Shown here piece by piece: positions 19,521 to 29,450 of a DNA stretch of 64,000 bases (position 1 is its first letter; each line of letters opens with the position of its first letter). Below the pieces are notes generated by a model. That model had not been told where the DNA came from. It did not search any database and was given only the letters and a program-made list of their open reading frames with translations. The stretch lies in the NCBI GenBank assembly GCA_041662705.1, contig JBAZRY010000003.1:15532-79531 (forward strand), given 5' to 3'. Source of the stretch: Bacteriovorax sp. GTDB taxonomy: Bacteria > Bdellovibrionota > Bacteriovoracia > Bacteriovoracales > Bacteriovoracaceae. The translations under genes and the position numbers were made by a program.

Positions 19521-20606
19521 ATGAAACTTTCAACTGAGACTAGAAGATTTACATTTATGAGCCTATTCCTGGCAAGCGCACTTGTCGCAGGAATTCATAC
19601 ATCTAATGTACAGGCACAGGATGATTTATTGGATGATGCAAATGATTCGCTGGATCTAGATATGATGGACATTGATGGAACTCCTCCAAAAGGACTAACT
19701 GCTTCCGAGAGATTAAAAATTAGAAGAGATAAGCTTGAGGAAAGAAATAGAATCATGGTTGAAAAGAAGATTGAAGATGTTCGCATTAAGCAGGAAATTG
19801 CTTTAACAAATAAACTTCAGGACGCTTTTGGAAAGAGCCTTAATAATCTTAACGAAGATAAAGTTCAAGTAGTGCAGGCCGCACCTGTTGCTGTGGCACC
19901 TCAACCGATTGCACCAGTTGTTGAAACAAGAATTGTTGAAGTAAAAGAGGAGCCGGTAAAGGAAGTTAAAAAATCAAAAGTTATTCCTTATCTTGGTGCA
20001 TCTTCAATGAAAGGCGATAAAATTGATTTTGAATCAAAAATGAACATCGGTTTAAACCTTGAGACGATGGTAATGCCTCAAATAAGTGTCGGTGTTGGTG
20101 TTGGTTATACGTCAATGGACATTACAGATATCGCAAATGATTTTACAGGTGGAAGTGTTTATAATCCAAACTACTTCAATAGTTTTGGTGCCGGAAGAAA
20201 AATGTCTTCTACAAAATTGACTATAGAAACTAATGGTAAATTCTTCTTAACTGAAGATTCAAGAATTAAGCCGTACGCAGGTTTAGGTTTAAGCTTTAAC
20301 CGTTCTAACTTGAAGTATGAAGACGGTGGAAATGGCTATAGCAACAACGGTGTTAATTTTGGTAATGAAGGTTATTCTTCAACAGCGATGGGAGCATCGG
20401 CGAAGTTAGGTGCGGAAGTAGATTTTAACGATACAGTAGGTCTTAACGTTGATCTTTCTTATACAAAGACATTATCTTCAGGGATTTCAAGCTCAGCTGA
20501 TACAACTACAATTAACCCTGATCAGGTTAGACTTCAGAATGTTACGAAATCAATGGAAGATTCGGACATTACTGCAATCCAGGCGGGTCTGGTTGTAAGA
20601 TTCTAG
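19521..20606 (+). CDS. Outer-membrane beta-barrel protein (OmpA-like barrel) with N-terminal coiled coil
   Basis: ATG after AAGGAG, signal peptide VQA|Q, KPYAGLGL strand, C-terminal QAGLVVRF. Confidence 0.7.
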   Translation: MKLSTETRRFTFMSLFLASALVAGIHTSNVQAQDDLLDDANDSLDLDMMDIDGTPPKGLTASERLKIRRDKLEERNRIMVEKKIEDVRIKQEIALTNKLQDAFGKSLNNLNEDKVQVVQAAPVAVAPQPIAPVVETRIVEVKEEPVKEVKKSKVIPYLGASSMKGDKIDFESKMNIGLNLETMVMPQISVGVGVGYTSMDITDIANDFTGGSVYNPNYFNSFGAGRKMSSTKLTIETNGKFFLTEDSRIKPYAGLGLSFNRSNLKYEDGGNGYSNNGVNFGNEGYSSTAMGASAKLGAEVDFNDTVGLNVDLSYTKTLSSGISSSADTTTINPDQVRLQNVTKSMEDSDITAIQAGLVVRF

Positions 20607-20635
20607 TTTGTGACTGATATATTTTAAATATGGTA

Positions 20636-20665
20636 GCGGGCATCTTCTTGATGCCCGTTTTTTTT
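20636..20665 (+). terminator. Intrinsic terminator
   Basis: GCGGGCATC-TTCTT-GATGCCCGT followed by a T-run. Confidence 0.8.
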
Positions 20666-20783
20666 GGTCATCTATTATTTCCTCTTTATTATCTTAACCA
20701 AACAAAAAAAAATACGATGTTTCTTTAATTTCAATCTTCCCTTAGAATTTATAGGTAATCCGCTAAATTCATGGAGAAGAATT

Positions 20784-22079
20784 ATGTCAATGAAAGACGT
20801 GTATATTGTTGATGGAAAGAGAACCCCTCAGGCAAAGTCCGGATTGGACCTAAAAGATGTTCAGGCCCCTTACCTTGGCGCATACCTGGTAAAACATTTA
20901 ATCGACAACACTGAAATTCCAACTGACATGGTTGATGAAGTGGTTATTGGCAATACCGGAAATCCTGCAAAATATCCCAATATCGGCCGGGTGATTGCTC
21001 TGGAAGCAGGTCTTCATAAAAAAACTTCCGCCTCGTCTGTGCATAGAAACTGTGCTTCAGGAATGGAAGCAGCGTCTCAAGCCTATCTGAGAATAGCAAG
21101 TGGACGCAATGATGTTGTCATTGCCGGTGGTGTTGAATCAATGTCTCAGATGCCTCTCATTTATAATAAAGAGATGACTGAATTATTTGCCAAACTGATG
21201 AAGGCCAAAACAGTTGGTGAAAAACTTTCTGCCTTAAGCGCTTTCAGGCCAAATTATCTCACGCCGATTGTGGCGATAGAGCAGGGGTTAACTGATCCTT
21301 TTTGCGGACTGAATATGGGGCAGACTGCAGAGCTCTTGGCACGTGAGTTAAAAATCACCAGAGAGATGCAGGATATTTTTGCGAACACTTCTCACGCAAA
21401 AGCTGTAGCCGCAACTAAAGAAGGAAGGTTCAAAGATGAAATTCTTCCGATCACAATTGGTGGAAGTTTAAATAAACTTTTAACCAACGATGTTGGTCCC
21501 AGAGAAAATTCAACTGTCGAAGGACTCGCCAAGATGAAACCGTATTTTGATAGAAAATCAGGAACGGTTACTGTTGGAAACAGCTGTCCGATTACGGACG
21601 GTGGTTCGGCGCTTTTAATGGTTTCAGAAGAAGCTGTAAAAAAGTATAACTTGAAACCTATGGCCAAGCTCACTGATTTTCATTTTCATGGACTAGAGCC
21701 TGAAAGAATGGGAATGGGGCCGCTTCTTGCTATGGATGGCGTGATGAAACGCACAGGTTTGAAACTTTCCGACTTTGACTTGTTTGAATTGAACGAGGCG
21801 TTCGCAGCTCAAATTATGGCCGTGGCAATCGGACTCAGAGATAAGGATGTTGCGGCGAAATTCAGTGTTGACCGTGCATGGGGAGAGTTGGATATGAGCA
21901 AGGTTAATGTGAACGGAGGGGCAATTGCTCTTGGACACCCGGTTGGTTCAACCGGATCGCGTTTGATCGTCACTTTGATGCATGAGCTTCGAAGAAGAAA
22001 AGGCCGTTACGGACTTGCTTCGTTGTGTATCGGTGGCGGGCAGGGCGGAGCGGTCGTTATCGAGAATTTAATTCGTTAA
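20784..22079 (+). CDS. fadI: Acetyl-CoA C-acyltransferase (beta-oxidation thiolase, FadI/FadA type)
   Basis: HRNCASG, GGVESMS, ELNEAFAAQ, NVNGGAIALGHPVG, ASLCIGGGQG; ATG 20784 after GGAG. Confidence 0.85.
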   Translation: MSMKDVYIVDGKRTPQAKSGLDLKDVQAPYLGAYLVKHLIDNTEIPTDMVDEVVIGNTGNPAKYPNIGRVIALEAGLHKKTSASSVHRNCASGMEAASQAYLRIASGRNDVVIAGGVESMSQMPLIYNKEMTELFAKLMKAKTVGEKLSALSAFRPNYLTPIVAIEQGLTDPFCGLNMGQTAELLARELKITREMQDIFANTSHAKAVAATKEGRFKDEILPITIGGSLNKLLTNDVGPRENSTVEGLAKMKPYFDRKSGTVTVGNSCPITDGGSALLMVSEEAVKKYNLKPMAKLTDFHFHGLEPERMGMGPLLAMDGVMKRTGLKLSDFDLFELNEAFAAQIMAVAIGLRDKDVAAKFSVDRAWGELDMSKVNVNGGAIALGHPVGSTGSRLIVTLMHELRRRKGRYGLASLCIGGGQGGAVVIENLIR

Positions 22080-22106
22080 TAAAAAGTTATTAAAAGCGGG
22101 AAGTGT

Positions 22107-24239
22107 ATGACAAATAAAAGAATCAGTCTGGAAATTAAAGAGAAGGTTGCTTATGTAGGTTTTGGCCATAACAGCACAAAGAGCATGACCACTCTTGACG
22201 TTGAAACGATGGAAGAACTCGGTTTGATTATTGAAGAAGTTCATTCAAAATCGTCAGAGTTAAGCGGCGTTATTTTCTTTTCCCATATTGAAAATTGTTT
22301 TCTCGCAGGGGCAGATATTAATTTAATTTCTTCGATGACAACTGAGGCTGAAGCCGCTGACAAGGCTGAACAAGGACAGAATATTTATAACCGAATTGAA
22401 GATCTGAGCATACCGACAGTTGTCTGTGTGGATGGTGTTTGTCTGGGAGGGGGTCTCGAGCTTTCTCTGGCCTGTAATACTATCATCGCTTCTAATTCAA
22501 AAAAAACATCTCTAGGCCTGCCGGAAGTTAAGCTGGGGCTTATTCCTGGTTTCGGCGGAACGTACCGTCTCCCACGCAAGATTGGTTTGCCAAACGCACT
22601 TGATATGATTTTAACCGGGAAGACTTTGCGTGCCGACAAGGCCAAGAGATTAGGGCTGGTGGCGGAAGTCTATCCCGCCGAAAATCTGCTTGCAATGGCG
22701 CCTAAATTTTTTAATAAAAAAGCTGCACCTCATACTTTGAAAAATTCCATCAAGGAAATTGCCACCGAAAATTTTGTGACAAGAAAAATTATTTTTCAAA
22801 AAGTGCGTGAAAGTGTGTTGAAAAAAACAAACGGATTTTACCAGGCGCCGCTAAAAATACTGGACGTGATGGATTCAGGAATGATGAAGGGCCGCACCAG
22901 CTATCTTGCCGGTGAAGCACAGGCCTTTGGCGAACTGGCCACCAGCGAGCAGAGTAAAAATCTTCAGCATATCTATTTCATGTCTGAAGCGGTTAAAAAA
23001 TACAGCGGTCCAAAAGCAACAAAACCACTGCCTGTTTTAGAACGTGGGGCAGCTCTCGGTGCCGGAACGATGGGGGGCGGGATTGCATGGCTTATGGCCG
23101 ATGCCGGAATGTCTCCCATCATGAAAGATCTTACGATCGATGCCTTGAATCTTGGGTTAAAGCAATCTTCTCAAAATTTTGCAGGGGCGCTTAAAAGAAA
23201 AAAAATTAACCCTGATGAGTTTGAAAGAAAACAAAGATCGATCACTGCCCAGCTTGATTATAGTGGATTTAAAAAAGTGGATCTGGTCATTGAAGCTGTC
23301 GTTGAAAATATGGACATTAAGAAAAAGGTTTTTGCTGAGACTGAAAAGCATGTCCACACGGACTGTCTTTTGACTAGTAATACTTCTTCTCTTTCAGTTG
23401 AAGAGATGTCAAAAGCACTTGAGTACCCGGGACGATTTGCAGGACTGCACTTTTTTAACCCGGTTCACCTGATGCCTTTAGTGGAAATTATTGTTCACAG
23501 CAAAGTTGATCCTGAGACTGTTGAGGCCCTATATAAATGGGTTTTACGTGTGAAAAAAACACCGGTTGTTGTCAAAGACGGACCTGGGTTTCTGGTTAAC
23601 CGAATTCTGACTCCTTATTTAAATGAGGCAGGCTATTTACTTGATGAAGGTGTATCGATTAAAGACATCGATCAGGCGGCGCTTAATTTTGGCATGCCAA
23701 TGGGGCCTTGCAGACTTTTAGATGAAGTCGGAATAGATGTCGCTGTAAAAGTGGCAAAGGTTATGTATGATGGACTGGGTGAGCGCGCTCACCCCTCAAC
23801 GTTTTCTCATAAGCTGATGGAAAAGAATTTTTTGGGAAAGAAAAATTCTAAAGGTTTTTATCTTTATGATGAGAAAGGAAAAGTGACAGGACTGAATCCT
23901 GAAGTTGATGAACTGCTCCCTACGGCTAAAACGAAAATGAGTGAAACGGATCTTCAAATGCGATTATTTTTACCTATGATCAATGAAGCTGCCGCAATTC
24001 TAAAAGATGGAATTGTAAGAACTGCCGGTGAAGTGGATCTGGGATTAATTTTTGGAATAGGTTTTCCACCGTTTAGAGGTGGACTGCTCCGATATGCAGA
24101 TAGTGAAGGACTGGATAAAATCCTGAATGCTTTAAAACATTTCAGCGAGACAGTGGATAAACAACGTTATAGTCCGAGCACATATCTGGAGGAACTGGTT
24201 CTTAGTAAAACTACTTTCTATGAAAAAACCAGATTCTAA
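22107..24239 (+). CDS. fadJ: Fatty-acid oxidation complex alpha subunit (enoyl-CoA hydratase/3-hydroxyacyl-CoA dehydrogenase)
   Basis: FLAGADI, CLGGGLELSLAC, LPEVKLGLIPGFGGT, GAGTMGGGIA, SNTSSL, GLHFFNPV. Confidence 0.88.
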   Translation: MTNKRISLEIKEKVAYVGFGHNSTKSMTTLDVETMEELGLIIEEVHSKSSELSGVIFFSHIENCFLAGADINLISSMTTEAEAADKAEQGQNIYNRIEDLSIPTVVCVDGVCLGGGLELSLACNTIIASNSKKTSLGLPEVKLGLIPGFGGTYRLPRKIGLPNALDMILTGKTLRADKAKRLGLVAEVYPAENLLAMAPKFFNKKAAPHTLKNSIKEIATENFVTRKIIFQKVRESVLKKTNGFYQAPLKILDVMDSGMMKGRTSYLAGEAQAFGELATSEQSKNLQHIYFMSEAVKKYSGPKATKPLPVLERGAALGAGTMGGGIAWLMADAGMSPIMKDLTIDALNLGLKQSSQNFAGALKRKKINPDEFERKQRSITAQLDYSGFKKVDLVIEAVVENMDIKKKVFAETEKHVHTDCLLTSNTSSLSVEEMSKALEYPGRFAGLHFFNPVHLMPLVEIIVHSKVDPETVEALYKWVLRVKKTPVVVKDGPGFLVNRILTPYLNEAGYLLDEGVSIKDIDQAALNFGMPMGPCRLLDEVGIDVAVKVAKVMYDGLGERAHPSTFSHKLMEKNFLGKKNSKGFYLYDEKGKVTGLNPEVDELLPTAKTKMSETDLQMRLFLPMINEAAAILKDGIVRTAGEVDLGLIFGIGFPPFRGGLLRYADSEGLDKILNALKHFSETVDKQRYSPSTYLEELVLSKTTFYEKTRF

Positions 24240-24242
24240 TAA

Positions 24243-25397
24243 GTGTTTAAGACTTACTTAAAATATTTTTTCTTCTATATCCTCTCTGCAAAGAATCGCC
24301 AGCGGCTGCTCATACTTGCAGTAACCGGGTTGATCATTTCTTCTTTTGCTCTGATTGTTCTTCAAAGTACCATGGGGGGGCTTCAAAATAAACTGATGGA
24401 GCGGTCCAAGGCCGTCATAGGACGTGCCACTCTGATGTTTAAAAGTGAAGAGGATGATTCTAAACTAATCGTGCTTGAAAGCCTTTTGAAAAAAGAGAAG
24501 CTTGAATACACGCGGGAATATGAAATTGAGCTGCTGCTGAGTTATCAGACCTATTTATCTTACGTCATTGTCCACGGTATTGATCAAGCAGGCTACCTAC
24601 CTCCTTTTTTAAGCGAAGAGAAAAAATTTGAGGCCATAATACCGACGGAGCTTGCTTACAAAGTAGGAGTAGCGCCACCGGAAGACCTGCAGCTTATTTC
24701 TCCCGCACATGTTGATTCGCTTTTGGGTGAAATTCCAAGAAGCCAGACAATACGAATTGATAAAACTTTTAATTCAGATGTGCCGGAAATTGATACGTCC
24801 CACCTCTGGGTAAGACTTCCGCTTATTCAAAATCTGATTCAGGCGAGAAATATTAATCGCATCCGCATTTATTCAGATGTTGATTTTAAAAAACTCTCAA
24901 AAATGCTTCCCGATTGGGTTCAATTTAAAACATGGGAGCAGGAAAATGGCACATTAGTATGGGCGCTCAATTTAGAAAGCACTGTGATGATTTTTCTGTT
25001 TGCTGCCATGAGCTTGTTGGTTTCTCTGTGTATCTCTTCCGGCCTGCTTATTTTTTTCAACAAAGTAAAAACCGATCTCTCGAGCTTCTGGATTCTTGGA
25101 GCTTCATATGATCAGATCAATAGATCAACAAAATATTTTCTTCATTTGATGAGTTTTCTTTCAATTCTATTTGGAGTGCTTTCAGGCGTTGTTTTTCTTT
25201 ATTTCTTCGATCATTTTGCACCGGAAATCATGCCTGATGTGTTTGTTGACAGGAAAATTCCTATACTGATAACCGCAAAAGGACTCGCTATATCCTTTTT
25301 TGTTCCTTACATCATTTCGTCAGTGTTTGTTACTTATGCCATTTCTCAGTTCAAGCGCGAACACAATTTACTGGATCATGTTCGCTCTATCAGCTGA
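24243..25397 (+). CDS. LolC/LolE-family ABC transporter permease
   Basis: TM1, large periplasmic domain, three C-terminal TMs; S..GGLQNKL and TWEQEN..L..AL.LE pattern. Confidence 0.75.
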   Translation: MFKTYLKYFFFYILSAKNRQRLLILAVTGLIISSFALIVLQSTMGGLQNKLMERSKAVIGRATLMFKSEEDDSKLIVLESLLKKEKLEYTREYEIELLLSYQTYLSYVIVHGIDQAGYLPPFLSEEKKFEAIIPTELAYKVGVAPPEDLQLISPAHVDSLLGEIPRSQTIRIDKTFNSDVPEIDTSHLWVRLPLIQNLIQARNINRIRIYSDVDFKKLSKMLPDWVQFKTWEQENGTLVWALNLESTVMIFLFAAMSLLVSLCISSGLLIFFNKVKTDLSSFWILGASYDQINRSTKYFLHLMSFLSILFGVLSGVVFLYFFDHFAPEIMPDVFVDRKIPILITAKGLAISFFVPYIISSVFVTYAISQFKREHNLLDHVRSIS

Positions 25398-25411
25398 TTG
25401 TTTATAATTTT

Positions 25412-25674
25412 TAAACTGTCCTACTACAATGGTGTTGATGGATCAAATATCAAAGTACAATTTATCCATTAACTTTGGCAGTTGAGCATTTTATTATCAA
25501 ATTGTTGCCACTGAACACATTCTAGGCACTTCTTTAAAATTGAACTGATAAGTGATGGTCGATAGGCTCATTTTTCAATACATTTTAAACAGCTCCCATC
25601 AAACTTTGATATTTGATCAGACCAATGGTGTTGATGGAATCAAATATCAAAGTACAATTGTAGTAGGGCAGTTC
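25412..25674. repeat. ~263-bp non-coding element with terminal inverted repeats and internal repeats (MITE-like)
   Basis: TIR AACTGTCCTACTACAAT (25414-25430) / ATTGTAGTAGGGCAGTT (25657-25673), 1 mismatch; flanking direct repeat TTATAATTTT (25402-25411, 25675-25684); 36/37-nt internal direct repeat (25427-25462, 25623-25659); inverted partial copy 25603-25618. Confidence 0.65.
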
Positions 25675-27990
25675 TTATAATTTTAAATTTTTAAGTCCGG
25701 CAAAAGCATTATTTTTTAATTGGGGTTCTGCTTTTGGCATTGGAGCTGACTGTTTATTAGAATTGACGTTATGTCTTGGAGCGTCTCCGGTTGCACGTTT
25801 AACTTCACCGCCGGTTTTGGCGGTTAGGGAAATGCGGCCGCGTTCATAATCTACTTCTAAGACCTGTACTTTAACAACTTGACCGACTTTTAGCGCAGTC
25901 ATTGCATTTTCTACGAACGTATCTGATATTTGAGACACGTGAAGAAGACCGTTTTCTTTGATTCCTATGTCAACGAATGCGCCAAACTGAGTGATGTTCG
26001 TCACAAGACCTGGGTACCATTCTCCAATTTTCAAATCGCCGATTTTGGAAACGTCTTTTCTGTATTCAAAAGATTTAAATTCTGTTCGTGGATCCTGAGT
26101 AGGGGCCTTTAGCGATTTAACGATATCATTAAAAGTAAATTCGCCGATCTCGGTTTTAAACGTGTTGTCCCTTTCAAGCTTCATGATAACATCTTTGTCT
26201 GTTATCAAATCTCTCAATTGTGTTGAATTTTTTTTTGCCCAGTTTGAAAGCACTTCATACCGCTCAGGGTGAATGAATGTTCCATCGAGTGGTTCTTCTC
26301 CATTATAAATGCGAAGAAAACCAGCGGCCTGCTCAAATATTTTTGCTGAAAAGCGGGGGATCTTTAAAATTTCTTTTCTATTTTTAAATCCGCCGTGCTG
26401 TTCGCGGTATTTCACCACGTTCTGGGCCAGAGCAGGACCGATCCCCGATACATAAGACAAAAGCGGAGCAGAGGCAGTGTTCAAATCAACGCCAACGTAG
26501 TTAACACAAGATTCAACAACGCCCTCTAGTGATTTTTTCAAACGGGCCTGATTAACATCGTGCTGATACTGTCCGACTCCGATTGATTTAGGGTCAATTT
26601 TTACAAGTTCTGCCAATGGATCCTGAAATCTTCTGGCAATTGATATGGCCCCTCTCACTGTCGGGTCTTTATCCGGAAATTCTTCTCTGGCAATGTCAGA
26701 TGCTGAGTATACAGAAGCACCGGCTTCCGAGATCAGAGTGGCATTGACTTTTCCATCTTTTACTTTTTTTACATTCTGCTGAAAAAAGGTGAGTGTTTCT
26801 CTGCCGTAAGTCCCGCTTCCAATGGCAATATGCTCAACTTTAAATTGCTCAATAATGGCATCCATTATGGCCGCCGATTCTTTTACCTGCAGACGCGGCT
26901 CATGAGGGTATATTACACAATCAGCAAGAAACTTTCCGGTATTGTCGACAATGACAATTTTACATCCGGTGCGTACTCCAGGATCAACCCCGACTACTGA
27001 TTTAGGACCGAGATAGGGTTGAAGTAATAGATTTTTTAAATTGATGCCGAACACACTTATTGCTGTTTCATCAGAGACTTTTTTGAGTTCCGATTTAATT
27101 TCGAGATCCAGACTTGGGTGAATATAATTTAAATATGCCTTTTTGGCGGCCAGCTCCAGATCAGACAAGCAGCCTAAATTGGAACTTGAAAAAAATCTTT
27201 TCTTCAACAACCCAAGTGCGGCTTCTTCAGGATAAACCACATCCACTTTAAGAGTCTTAGAGGTCATTCCTCTTCTCATCGCTAAAAAGCGGTGTCCTGC
27301 TTTGGGGTCTTTGAGTTCAACCGCCCGCTGGGAGAATTCAAAATAATCTTTATATTTCATCCAGTCTTTATCTTCTGCCTCGGCCTTGTCACGTTTGGTG
27401 GATTTCACCACAGCATCTTTCCAGTAATCATTGCGAAGTGTTTCTTTGATTTCCGGGTCATGGGCCATCATTTCAATAATAATATCAAAAGCGCCTGTAT
27501 AGGCTTCCTCGAAGCTTGTAATTTTAAATTCGGGCTTGTTAAACTTATCTCCGATTTCTGTCATTAACTGTTGCTTGCCTTTACTGGCAGTTAAAATCAA
27601 GTCGGCCAATGGCTGAAGTCCTGCTTCAATGGCCAGCATTCCCTTCGATTTCTTTTTTGCTTTGTAAGGAGCATATAAATCTTCAAGCTGATTGATTGAA
27701 CTGGCAGCCTGAATTTTTTTCTCAAGATCACTCGTTAACAATTCCATTTTTTTAATTGCATCTAAAATAAAAGCGCGTCTTTTTTCGCGTTCGATATAAT
27801 TTTCATAGGATTCATGTATGGCCCTGATTTGAACCTCATCCATACCGCCTGTGACTTCTTTTCTATATCGTGCCACAAAAGGCACTGTTGCCTGTTCTGT
27901 AACCAACAGATTGAGAACGCTTAAAACTGACCGCGCGTTGATATTGGTTTCCTGTGCGGCAAAAATAACAGCGCTTTGTTCAAGTGACAT
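25675..27990 (-). CDS. tex: Tex-family RNA-binding transcription accessory protein
   Basis: TVPFVARYRKEVTG, GVDPGVRTGCK, ELVKIDPKSIGVGQYQHDV, GVDLNTAS, C-terminal S1 domain. Confidence 0.93.
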   Translation of the reverse strand: MSLEQSAVIFAAQETNINARSVLSVLNLLVTEQATVPFVARYRKEVTGGMDEVQIRAIHESYENYIEREKRRAFILDAIKKMELLTSDLEKKIQAASSINQLEDLYAPYKAKKKSKGMLAIEAGLQPLADLILTASKGKQQLMTEIGDKFNKPEFKITSFEEAYTGAFDIIIEMMAHDPEIKETLRNDYWKDAVVKSTKRDKAEAEDKDWMKYKDYFEFSQRAVELKDPKAGHRFLAMRRGMTSKTLKVDVVYPEEAALGLLKKRFFSSSNLGCLSDLELAAKKAYLNYIHPSLDLEIKSELKKVSDETAISVFGINLKNLLLQPYLGPKSVVGVDPGVRTGCKIVIVDNTGKFLADCVIYPHEPRLQVKESAAIMDAIIEQFKVEHIAIGSGTYGRETLTFFQQNVKKVKDGKVNATLISEAGASVYSASDIAREEFPDKDPTVRGAISIARRFQDPLAELVKIDPKSIGVGQYQHDVNQARLKKSLEGVVESCVNYVGVDLNTASAPLLSYVSGIGPALAQNVVKYREQHGGFKNRKEILKIPRFSAKIFEQAAGFLRIYNGEEPLDGTFIHPERYEVLSNWAKKNSTQLRDLITDKDVIMKLERDNTFKTEIGEFTFNDIVKSLKAPTQDPRTEFKSFEYRKDVSKIGDLKIGEWYPGLVTNITQFGAFVDIGIKENGLLHVSQISDTFVENAMTALKVGQVVKVQVLEVDYERGRISLTAKTGGEVKRATGDAPRHNVNSNKQSAPMPKAEPQLKNNAFAGLKNLKL

Positions 27991-28126
27991 GAATACTGCT
28001 CCTTATTGAAAAATATTCCAAGAATGTGAAGACTAAAAACGATAATCATTTTAAAAACTCTTGGCAATACGTTATAATTTACTTAATGAAAAATCGTCCG
28101 CTTATCTCTAATATACGAGGCTTGAA

Positions 28127-29164
28127 GTGATTTATGACTTAATAGTGGTGGGAAATGGTCTTGCTGCGCAGACATTTCTCATGGAATTATTTGGCCACAT
28201 TGGACTAAATGATAAAAAATATCAGAATTTTTCTGTTGCTCAGGTATTTTCCGAGGAAACTGCCCCTGCTTGTTCTCTGAGAACAACTGCCAGTGTTTCT
28301 CTGAGCGGAATTGCTCCCGGCGTGAGTGAACTTGGCGATGATTTAAGAAAGTCTTTTTTTTTATTTGAAGATTTTGTCGCTAAAGAAAGGCCCGAGAGCG
28401 TTGAGGCAATTAAGCAATACATCAGTTATTCAACTCTAGCAGAAAAAGAAAAACTCATCAGACGCTATGGAGAGCTTATACCCATTCATTCTCCGTTATT
28501 TAAAACGGACATGAGTGGCACCACTCTCGATTCTTATATAGTCGATCCGCTTATTCACGCAGAGTGGTTCAATAAGAAGATTGCCTCTCAAAAGATAGTT
28601 CTAAAAAATAATTTTTTAAAAGCGATGTCTAAAAATGAGGACGGGACATTTAGTTGCGAGTTGATGAGCGCAGAAATTTTGACTGCCCGAAAAATAATAC
28701 TTTGTACCGGGGCCTATGCCAGAATATTTTCTCAATTCTATGCACTGACAGCACAATTACAAAATACTCAGGTGGTGGCAGGTTCATACCTGCAGAAGAC
28801 TATCAATCTCGGCTGCCCATCATTTTACGTGACAATTGACGGGCATAATTTAATATACCGCAGTGCTACCTGCCAGTTGATAATGGGAAGTGCTTCTTAT
28901 AAGGGGGCCTTCCTTGCTCCTGACTTTGCCGAGTTAAATAAAATTTATCAGGTCTTTAGCAACGCTCTCAGACCAGCATTAGGGAGCTTTGAGGATTTCA
29001 AAACCATCACAGGTCTTCGCCATAAAGCACAGAAAAGAAAGCCTCTGGCGTGCGCTCTTAATGATGAAAAATCAGTTTATGTGATCAGTGGATTTTATAA
29101 AAATGGCTTCAGCGTTTCGCATTTATGCGCAAAGAAGATCGTAGGCGAGATTTTTAATAGTTAA
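28127..29164 (+). CDS. FAD-dependent oxidoreductase (DAO / MnmC C-terminal-like)
   Basis: DLIVVGNGLAA dinucleotide motif, GLRHK, SGFYKNGFS. Confidence 0.7.
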   Translation: MIYDLIVVGNGLAAQTFLMELFGHIGLNDKKYQNFSVAQVFSEETAPACSLRTTASVSLSGIAPGVSELGDDLRKSFFLFEDFVAKERPESVEAIKQYISYSTLAEKEKLIRRYGELIPIHSPLFKTDMSGTTLDSYIVDPLIHAEWFNKKIASQKIVLKNNFLKAMSKNEDGTFSCELMSAEILTARKIILCTGAYARIFSQFYALTAQLQNTQVVAGSYLQKTINLGCPSFYVTIDGHNLIYRSATCQLIMGSASYKGAFLAPDFAELNKIYQVFSNALRPALGSFEDFKTITGLRHKAQKRKPLACALNDEKSVYVISGFYKNGFSVSHLCAKKIVGEIFNS

Positions 29165-29412
29165 ATGGTTTTATCGCAGGCGCCTTGTTCGTATTTTACA
29201 TTGGCACATTTGGCAAAGCAGGCGTTGGAGTAAGTTATTCCATTTTCTCCGCAAACAGGCATCCAAAGCTGAACACAGATGCAATTTTTCATGTCAATGG
29301 TCTGCTCGGATTTGGGAGTATTGCTTAGATGTTTCTGCGGCGTTGTTGAATTACAGGCCGCTAAAAAAATAAATATTGATGTTAATAAAAGCTGAATGAA
29401 TATTTTTTTCAT
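29161..29412 (-). CDS. Lipoprotein with Kazal-type protease-inhibitor domain
   Basis: Lipobox FLAA|C; C-x-C-x5-PVCGENGITYSNACFAKC-x8-GAC Kazal signature. Confidence 0.85.
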   Translation of the reverse strand: MKKIFIQLLLTSIFIFLAACNSTTPQKHLSNTPKSEQTIDMKNCICVQLWMPVCGENGITYSNACFAKCANVKYEQGACDKTI

Positions 29413-29450
29413 AAATTTATCTTCGCAGTTTAATTGGAGGAATTCAAATA

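Noticed and set aside
25412-25674. CRISPR array (36-37-nt repeats; CTACAAT/ATTGTAG ends resemble type II-C repeats)
   Set aside because: Only two direct copies, 160 nt apart, plus an inverted partial copy; no regular spacers and no cas genes
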